A DNA stretch of 22,499 nt, filler included, from an uncultured archaeon (GTDB lineage: Archaea; Iainarchaeota; Iainarchaeia; Iainarchaeales; 1-14-0-10-31-34): the NCBI GenBank assembly GCA_964442255.1. It is 6 parts of 6 records of this genome, joined end to end, with 100 filler letters (N's around TTAATTAATTAA, not from the genome) between each part and the next. Parts side by side here need not be neighbours in the genome. Positions count along the whole stretch, not along the records: positions 16,713 to 19,556 come from CAYTYC010000048.1; positions 19,657 to 22,499 come from CAYTYC010000049.1; 4 more parts are not named here. One strand, written 5' to 3'. A program made the translations under genes and the position numbers. Shown here piece by piece: positions 16,983 through 22,499 of the stretch. The notes under the pieces are model-generated. The model had not been told where the DNA came from, searched no databases, and worked only from the letters and a program-made list of their open reading frames with translations. Positions within the stretch are counted from its first letter, which is position 1, and every line of letters begins with the position of its first letter.

Positions 16983-19556
16983 TTAGTTTCCTTCTTCCCT
17001 GCACTTTTGCGCCACGCACCGCCACAATGGCTCGTTTTTTTCTTCTTCCGCCAGCTCTTCAAGGAATTTTTCCGGATTGTTTTTCCATTCCACGAACTTC
17101 AGGAGTTTTCCGGAAACCGTGTTAAAAGCCGAACCGGCAGGCTGCCTGTCATCCAGTTTTGCTTTGATTGAGCCGTCGTTAATTGTTTTCCTTAAACCCA
17201 CATAGCCTATTGCAACTTTAATGTTTTCAAGCGGAACGCCTTTTGAAACCGAGTAAGCCCGTTTGTAAACTTCAAGCTGCTGCCTGTGCCCTGAAGAATA
17301 ATCGTCTCTTGAGTCGGTTTTCCAGTCCACAATCAGGTATTTTTCCCCTTTCCTGAAAATCCCGTCAATTTTTCCCTTGAACAGAATCCTGTCCTGTGTT
17401 TCAATGATTTTATTCAATGGAACCCTGAAATTTTCCTCTGCCTCAACAACCTCCGGAAACTCTTTTTTAATCCCTGAAACCAGGGTTTTCACGTTTTCAA
17501 TGAACGGTTCAAGTTCTTTGGATGCTTTCACGTTTTCCTTTTTAAGGATTTTTTCCGCCGCATTATGCACTTCGCTGCCTAAATTTAATGCGGTTGAAGG
17601 CTTTTGGATTTTGAGAATTCTGTCGCAAAAGTAATCGTACGGCTTGTCCTTTAACGCGGAAAAAGAAACGTGCTGTAATCCTTCAAAATGCTTTTTCACG
17701 TAATCCTTGAGCCAAGGCTGCCTTGCCTCCAGCAATTCTTTTGCTTTTTCGTAGTCCTTGTTCACGAAAAGGTTGAACGCCCTTTTCTCCAGCTCTTCCA
17801 GCCTTGTTTCCGCGGCCTGCCCGCCCAAAGGCTCCCTGGTTTCCGCGAATTCGTTTAAATAGTTTGACGGCTTGTCGGTTAAAATGCAGAGCCGGTTTTT
17901 TGCCCTTGTAACCGCCACAAAATCAGAGCGCAGTCCTTCTTCTTCCAGTTCTTCTTTTGCGTTTATTCCCTTGGACTGCAGAATGGCTTCCACAACCGAA
18001 TCCTGGAAGCTTGAATAATTCCTTGTCTTTTGCGGAACATAAATCACGGTGTCAAACTGCCTTCCTTTTGCCTTGTGGACAGTGGTTAAAACAACTTTTT
18101 GCTCAATGTCGGAGTCCTGCGCCAAAAGATCCGAGGACTCAATGAAGGCCGCAAACTCATTCAAGCTCTTGTCTTCCAGCAGTTTTATTGCTTCCCTGCA
18201 GGCTTCCTGCACGCTTAAAGCCGCAAACAAGTACTCTTTTCCGTAAGCCAAAGCCACTGGAATAATTTTTTCCCTGAACAAAATGTTAATGTCCTCTGTC
18301 CCTGAAACGCTTTCCCTTACCTTTTTTAATTCAGGGCATTTTTCCAGTATTTTTTCCACCGAAGGAGAACTGGAAGACAGCTCAAACGCTTCCTTTAAGG
18401 GAACCGGAAAGAACGGGGTAAACATCGCGTTTTTCACGTACTCTACGTCTGAACTGAAGACTCCCCTTAAAAAGTCCACAATGCTTTGCTTGGCTTCCAC
18501 TGACGCAGAAAAATGCGTGGAAGAATGCTTTATTCCCTGGTTAAAGAATTCCTTGGATAACCCCATTATCTGGCGGTTGGTTCTCGCGATAACCGCAATG
18601 CTTCCTTTTTCCTTTAAAAGCATTTTAACCATTTCAGCGGCCTCTGCCTCCATGTTTTCTTTTGCCTCAATTACCGCCGGCTTTTCGCCTTTCCTGCCGT
18701 CAAAACTGCTTAAGCCCTCTAAAGCCTTGCAGTAATCCTTGTTTCCTGTCTTGCTTGAAAACAGTTTTTTCGCGTAATCCAGTATTTCGTCAGTGCTTCT
18801 CCTGTTTTCAGTTAAAACAAATTCTTCATGGTTTCCTGGTTCCCTGAATTTTTCAAAATTCAGTATTGAGCCCCCCTGAAAACCGAAAATGGCTTGTTTT
18901 GCGTCCCCCACCGCAGTAAAGGTTTTCCCTGACTTTAACGCAATGTCTGCCTCCATTTTGTTTACGTCCTGGAGTTCGTCAACCAAAACGTGCCTGAATT
19001 TTTTGGTGTTTTTGAGCTTCAAGAATTCAATCAATAAGTCCGTGTAATCCAGTCCCCTTCCCTTTTTTGCCTTTTCATAGGCTTTAAAGATTTTCACGAA
19101 TTCCTCCAGAAAAGCCTCCAGTTCTTTTTTGCCGAATTTATCGGTTTCCTCCAGTTTTTCCTTTGCTTTTCCTGTTTCAATGTCTTCCGGCAGTATTCCA
19201 AAGCTTTTCAGGTACCTTAACAGGTTTTCTGTTTTTGGCACAATGTTTTCCAGCAGGTATTCGTCCCCGTAATTCAGCACTTCATTTTCCTTGAAATACC
19301 TGTAAATCGTGTATCTCAGCAGGTTTGAGGACACAATGCTTTGTTCGTCTATCCTGTCCAGCGCGAAAGAGTGAAACGTGAATACATTTAATCTGCTTGA
19401 ATCGAGTTCAATGCCTTCTGCTTTAAGCATTCCTGTTATGCGTTCCTCCATTTCCGTGCGGGCCTTGTTTGTGTAGGTCAGGCACAGTATTTCTTCGGGC
19501 TGAACGCCTTCTTGAATCAGTTCAGCGTATTTGCAGGCCAAAAGAAAGGTTTTTCC
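16983..19556 (-). CDS. UvrD/AddA-like SF1 helicase fused to a PD-(D/E)XK nuclease (5'-truncated)
   Basis: GKT at the contig edge, then LTYTNKA, TFHSF, VDELQD, VGDAKQAIFGFQG, ENRRS, TVHKAKG and VAVTRAK. C-terminal GKID...IVDWKT...QL..Y. Confidence 0.93.
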   Translation of the reverse strand, partial: GKTFLLACKYAELIQEGVQPEEILCLTYTNKARTEMEERITGMLKAEGIELDSSRLNVFTFHSFALDRIDEQSIVSSNLLRYTIYRYFKENEVLNYGDEYLLENIVPKTENLLRYLKSFGILPEDIETGKAKEKLEETDKFGKKELEAFLEEFVKIFKAYEKAKKGRGLDYTDLLIEFLKLKNTKKFRHVLVDELQDVNKMEADIALKSGKTFTAVGDAKQAIFGFQGGSILNFEKFREPGNHEEFVLTENRRSTDEILDYAKKLFSSKTGNKDYCKALEGLSSFDGRKGEKPAVIEAKENMEAEAAEMVKMLLKEKGSIAVIARTNRQIMGLSKEFFNQGIKHSSTHFSASVEAKQSIVDFLRGVFSSDVEYVKNAMFTPFFPVPLKEAFELSSSSPSVEKILEKCPELKKVRESVSGTEDINILFREKIIPVALAYGKEYLFAALSVQEACREAIKLLEDKSLNEFAAFIESSDLLAQDSDIEQKVVLTTVHKAKGRQFDTVIYVPQKTRNYSSFQDSVVEAILQSKGINAKEELEEEGLRSDFVAVTRAKNRLCILTDKPSNYLNEFAETREPLGGQAAETRLEELEKRAFNLFVNKDYEKAKELLEARQPWLKDYVKKHFEGLQHVSFSALKDKPYDYFCDRILKIQKPSTALNLGSEVHNAAEKILKKENVKASKELEPFIENVKTLVSGIKKEFPEVVEAEENFRVPLNKIIETQDRILFKGKIDGIFRKGEKYLIVDWKTDSRDDYSSGHRQQLEVYKRAYSVSKGVPLENIKVAIGYVGLRKTINDGSIKAKLDDRQPAGSAFNTVSGKLLKFVEWKNNPEKFLEELAEEEKNEPLWRCVAQKCREEGN

Positions 19557-19663
19557 NNNNNNNNNNNNNNNNNNNNNNNNNNNNNNNNNNNNNNNNNNNN
19601 TTAATTAATTAANNNNNNNNNNNNNNNNNNNNNNNNNNNNNNNNNNNNNNNNNNNNACAGGGT

Positions 19664-19682
19664 CAGGGGCTTTCAGCCCCTG
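19664..19682. repeat. REP-like hairpin directly 3' of tRNA-Ser
   Basis: CAGGGGCT-TTC-AGCCCCTG, 3 nt from the tRNA discriminator and next to a contig end. Confidence 0.6.
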
Positions 19683-19685
19683 TCA

Positions 19686-19900
19686 CGCAGCGGGTGAGAT
19701 TCGAACTCACGCGTCCAGAGGACAACAGCTCTCTCACAAACTTTTCTCAAAAGGCTGCGGCATCAGCCGCCTGGCGTAAGCCCGCCTTTTTTGACCAAAC
19801 CTTTTGGAAAAAAGTTTGAATGCCTTAAGGCATTTTTGCTCAAGCTTTTTGGAAAAGTTTGTCTCGAGGCTGCCGCGTTTAACCACTCCGCCACCGCTGC
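19686..19900 (-). tRNA. tRNA-Ser(CGA) with a 132-nt intron (19731-19862) at position 37/38
   Basis: Acceptor GCAGCGG/CCGCTGC plus G73, anticodon arm GCAGC-CTCGAG|A-GCTGT, variable arm GTCC-TCT-GGAC, T arm GTGAG-TTCGAAT-CTCAC. BHB formed by a CUCG/UGAG helix with AG|A bulges. CCA is not encoded. Confidence 0.95.
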
Positions 19901-19945
19901 ATTGTACAGAAAAATTTAGTGGAAAAAGGGTTTAAAAAAAGTGCT

Positions 19946-20224
19946 TTACGGCTTTATGTATTCCGCGACTTTTTCCGCGATTTTCCTGGATTCCTGCTCG
20001 CTTTTCGTGTCTTTCACGATTATTTTTCCCGAACGGAAAAAGCTCACGCTTTTTTCCTGCACATTAAGCATTAAAAGGAAAGGGGTTTCCGCTTCAACCC
20101 TTCCCCCCTTGCTTTTGATTTTAACCGCTACTTCCCCCAAAGAAAGGTTCAATTTTTTCCTGGGAATGAATTCAAAGGCTGCACTGCTTTTGCATGCTTT
20201 TCCCGTGAAATCCTTTAACTGCAT
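19946..20224 (-). CDS. Hypothetical 92-aa protein
   Basis: ATG lies 1 nt after the upstream stop. The VSFFRSGKIIVK...ESRKIAEK pattern suggests a TBP-like beta/alpha repeat (inference). Confidence 0.7.
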   Translation of the reverse strand: MQLKDFTGKACKSSAAFEFIPRKKLNLSLGEVAVKIKSKGGRVEAETPFLLMLNVQEKSVSFFRSGKIIVKDTKSEQESRKIAEKVAEYIKP

Positions 20225-20225
20225 T

Positions 20226-20861
20226 CTAACCAATTTCTTCCCGTCTACTTTTTTTAAGGCTTTCTTCAACCAGTTTTCCGGTTTCCAGCTTTTTTTCTTC
20301 TTCTTCAACCTCTTTTTCCGAGGACTTTGTGGCGGGCTTTTCCGGCACCAGACTGCAGCAGCCCGCACGCTGTATGGAGGTTTCAAACGTGCCGTAAGAG
20401 CGGGCAAGCGACTCTATTTCGGTTTTGTCCATTCCAAGCAGGGGCTTTAGAACGGGTGCACGTGTTGCATTGAATTCAGTGCGCAGGTTGCTTAAGGTTT
20501 GCGACGCCACCTGCCCAAGGGATTCTCCTGTAACCAAAAAATCCGCTCCCTCTTTTTCCCTCAATGCATCCGCTTTTTTCAGCATCATTCTCCTGCACAA
20601 AACGCAGTTCAGTTTCCTTGAACAGTTTTTGATTATTCCTTTTTGGCTTTCGCCGTTTGGAATGACAATGAATTCAATTTTTTTCCCGAATTTTTTTGCA
20701 AGCGTTTCCAGTATTTTCCGGCTTTTTTCCTCGTTTTTTCTGTCAGAGAAAGGGTAATTGTCAAGGTGCACCGCAAACACTTTAACGCCTTTTTCAAGAG
20801 CAAGCGCAGTTGAAACTGCGGAGTCAATTCCCCCTGAAAGCAGGGCAACGCATTTTAGTAT
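20226..20861 (-). CDS. thiI: ThiI/TtuI-like PP-loop tRNA sulfurtransferase, catalytic domain only
   Basis: LLSGGIDS, CVLCRRMM, TGESLGQVASQTLSNL, PLLGMDKTEI and CC...P..PAT. Start codon uncertain. Confidence 0.85.
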   Translation of the reverse strand: MLKCVALLSGGIDSAVSTALALEKGVKVFAVHLDNYPFSDRKNEEKSRKILETLAKKFGKKIEFIVIPNGESQKGIIKNCSRKLNCVLCRRMMLKKADALREKEGADFLVTGESLGQVASQTLSNLRTEFNATRAPVLKPLLGMDKTEIESLARSYGTFETSIQRAGCCSLVPEKPATKSSEKEVEEEEKKLETGKLVEESLKKSRREEIG

Positions 20862-20865
20862 GCCT

Positions 20866-21273
20866 TCACCCCATTTGCCCCTTGTCGTCCACCACCATTT
20901 CCAGGCTTGCGTGATGGCATTCAAGGCGCTTTATTTCTTTTTTGTAATGGGAGTAGCGTTTAACCCCGTAAACTGACAAGGCAAAGGAAAGTAAAAGGAT
21001 TGCGTAACCCATGTAATGGATTGCGCCCGCTTCAAAGAATTTCACCACCGCAAACCCCAGTGCCGCGAGGCCTATCGCGGTTTGCGCAATGGAAATTGAG
21101 GTGCGGAGCTTGGATTCAATTGTTCGTTCCTTTGAAAGAATTATTTCCAGCATCCGCGGATTTTTTGACATTAAGGTTTTTTCTTCCAGGAGCCTTTTTT
21201 TTTCGTATTCGCGCATCAAAAAAACCGCCTTTTTTTGGCTTTGTTTGCCGGAAATATTTTCAGCAGTAACCAA
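20866..21273 (-). CDS. DUF202 (YidH-like) membrane protein
   Basis: LSKERT...LRTSIS followed by two TM segments. Confidence 0.75.
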   Translation of the reverse strand: MVTAENISGKQSQKKAVFLMREYEKKRLLEEKTLMSKNPRMLEIILSKERTIESKLRTSISIAQTAIGLAALGFAVVKFFEAGAIHYMGYAILLLSFALSVYGVKRYSHYKKEIKRLECHHASLEMVVDDKGQMG

Positions 21274-21302
21274 TATAAATACTTTTTGGGCTGAATTATT
21301 TC

Positions 21303-22370
21303 ATGGCTGAACCTTTAAGCGCGCTTTTGTCGCTGGAGTTTGGGGGAAACGTTTTCCAGGACTACCTTGCAGCGGTGGTGGCCTTTGTTGTGGCGCTGGT
21401 TGTCCTGAGGATTGTAAAGTTTGTTGTAATCCACAGGCTTAAGGCTCTGGCAAAGAAAACCAAGTCAGAATTAGACGATGTGCTGATTGCGTTCATTGAC
21501 AGCCTTGGGTGGCCTTTTTACCTGGTTTTGTCCCTTTACACTGGCCTGAAATTTGTTTCAGTTCCCGCCCTGCTTGAACAGGGCGTTTACTTTGCCCTGC
21601 TTATTGCCGGCGTTTACTATATTTCACGCGGAGTCCATGAGGCGCTTACTTTTGCGGGAAAGGCTGTCGCCAAAAGAAAGGGAAAAGAGGGCCTGGAGGA
21701 AGCGGACACAACAATGATTGACTTGTTCAGGAAAATAATTAAGGGGCTTATCTGGCTTGCCGCATTCATTCTTGTTTTGAACGGATTGGGAATAGACCTT
21801 TCCGGAGTTGTTGTGGGGTTGGGTGTCACGGGAATTGTGATTGGCTTTGCGTTGCAGAACGTTTTGAACGACATTTTTGCCTCTTTTTCCATTTACTTTG
21901 ACAAGCCCTTCAGGAAAGGCGACTTCATTATAATCGGCGACGATTTGGGCACAGTGAAAAAAATCGGCATAAAGTCCACGCGGATTGCAACGCTTCAGGG
22001 GGAAGAGCTTGTTGTCTCAAACCGCGAGCTTACTGAAACCAGGGTTCACAATTACAAGAGAATGCGGAAAAGGAGAATCGCGTTTACAGTTGGGGTTACT
22101 TATGGGACGCCTTCCTCTAAAATGAAAAAAATTCCGCAGGTAATCAAGGAAATAATCAAAAAGGTTGATTTGGCTGAACCAGACAGGGTGCACTTCAAAA
22201 GCTTTGGGGACTTCAGCCTAAACTTTGAAATCGTTTATTACCTTAATTCCCCGGATTACAATGTTTACATGGACGTCCAGCAGGAAATAAACCTTGCGAT
22301 AAAGGAAAAATTCGAGAAAATGGGCGTTGAGATTGCTTTCCCGACTCAAACCATTTTTCTGGAGAAGTAA
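21303..22370 (+). CDS. mscS: Small-conductance mechanosensitive channel
   Basis: IGFALQ, DKPFRKGD, GTVKKIGIKST, V.N, VGVTY and IAFPTQ motifs, with N-terminal TM helices. Confidence 0.95.
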   Translation: MAEPLSALLSLEFGGNVFQDYLAAVVAFVVALVVLRIVKFVVIHRLKALAKKTKSELDDVLIAFIDSLGWPFYLVLSLYTGLKFVSVPALLEQGVYFALLIAGVYYISRGVHEALTFAGKAVAKRKGKEGLEEADTTMIDLFRKIIKGLIWLAAFILVLNGLGIDLSGVVVGLGVTGIVIGFALQNVLNDIFASFSIYFDKPFRKGDFIIIGDDLGTVKKIGIKSTRIATLQGEELVVSNRELTETRVHNYKRMRKRRIAFTVGVTYGTPSSKMKKIPQVIKEIIKKVDLAEPDRVHFKSFGDFSLNFEIVYYLNSPDYNVYMDVQQEINLAIKEKFEKMGVEIAFPTQTIFLEK

Positions 22371-22396
22371 GCTGTTTTTTCCTTTTTTTGGCGGGC

Positions 22397-22426
22397 TTTT
22401 GATAAAACTTTTTGGAAAAAAGTTTT
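22397..22426. repeat. AT-rich palindromic repeat, family C (also present twice in the tRNA intron)
   Basis: TTTTGATAAAACTTTTT-GGA-AAAAAGTTTT; compare 19787-19818 and 19833-19861. Confidence 0.7.
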
Positions 22427-22431
22427 TTGGG

Positions 22432-22483
22432 AAGAAATCCGCAGACCGCTGCCTGAAGGCAGCGGATTTCTTTGGGTTGTTAA
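22432..22483. repeat. Palindromic element, family B, copy 2
   Basis: 50/52 identical to 197-248. Both differences lie outside the paired stems. Confidence 0.85.
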
Positions 22484-22499
22484 AAGTTTTATTCCCTGA

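Overview
The window is six contigs joined by artificial 100-nt linkers (N44-TTAATTAATTAA-N44): 1-4421, 4522-8587, 8688-12610, 12711-16612, 16713-19556 and 19657-22499. They run in decreasing size, so neighbours across a linker are not necessarily neighbours in the genome. The source is an archaeon: it has a BHB-intron tRNA, C/D box sRNAs, TATA-type promoters and a COG1361-like protein. A DPANN-type lineage is my inference. Routine genes include two MFS transporters (one frameshifted), an SDR, a tandem Lrp regulator, an ABC ATPase, a UvrD-nuclease fusion, a ThiI-like protein, DUF202 and MscS. Highlights: (1) A ~130-nt C/D box sRNA with a ~71-nt multi-hairpin insert between D' and C', whose guides match 16S rRNA (one predicts Cm1402). 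It occurs in two non-identical copies that appear to bracket a 3.8-kb toxin/defence island (AbiE-like pair, Fic, MNT). (2) A second, compact C/D sRNA. (3) A divergent glutamyl-tRNA-reductase paralogue with altered substrate and cofactor motifs, in an operon with a PhnP-like hydrolase and an Fe-ADH. (4) tRNA-Ser(CGA) with a 132-nt intron built from a dispersed palindromic repeat. (5) A 37-bp palindromic tandem array and several IS605/REP-like palindromic elements. All family assignments come from motif recognition by eye; no database searches were run.
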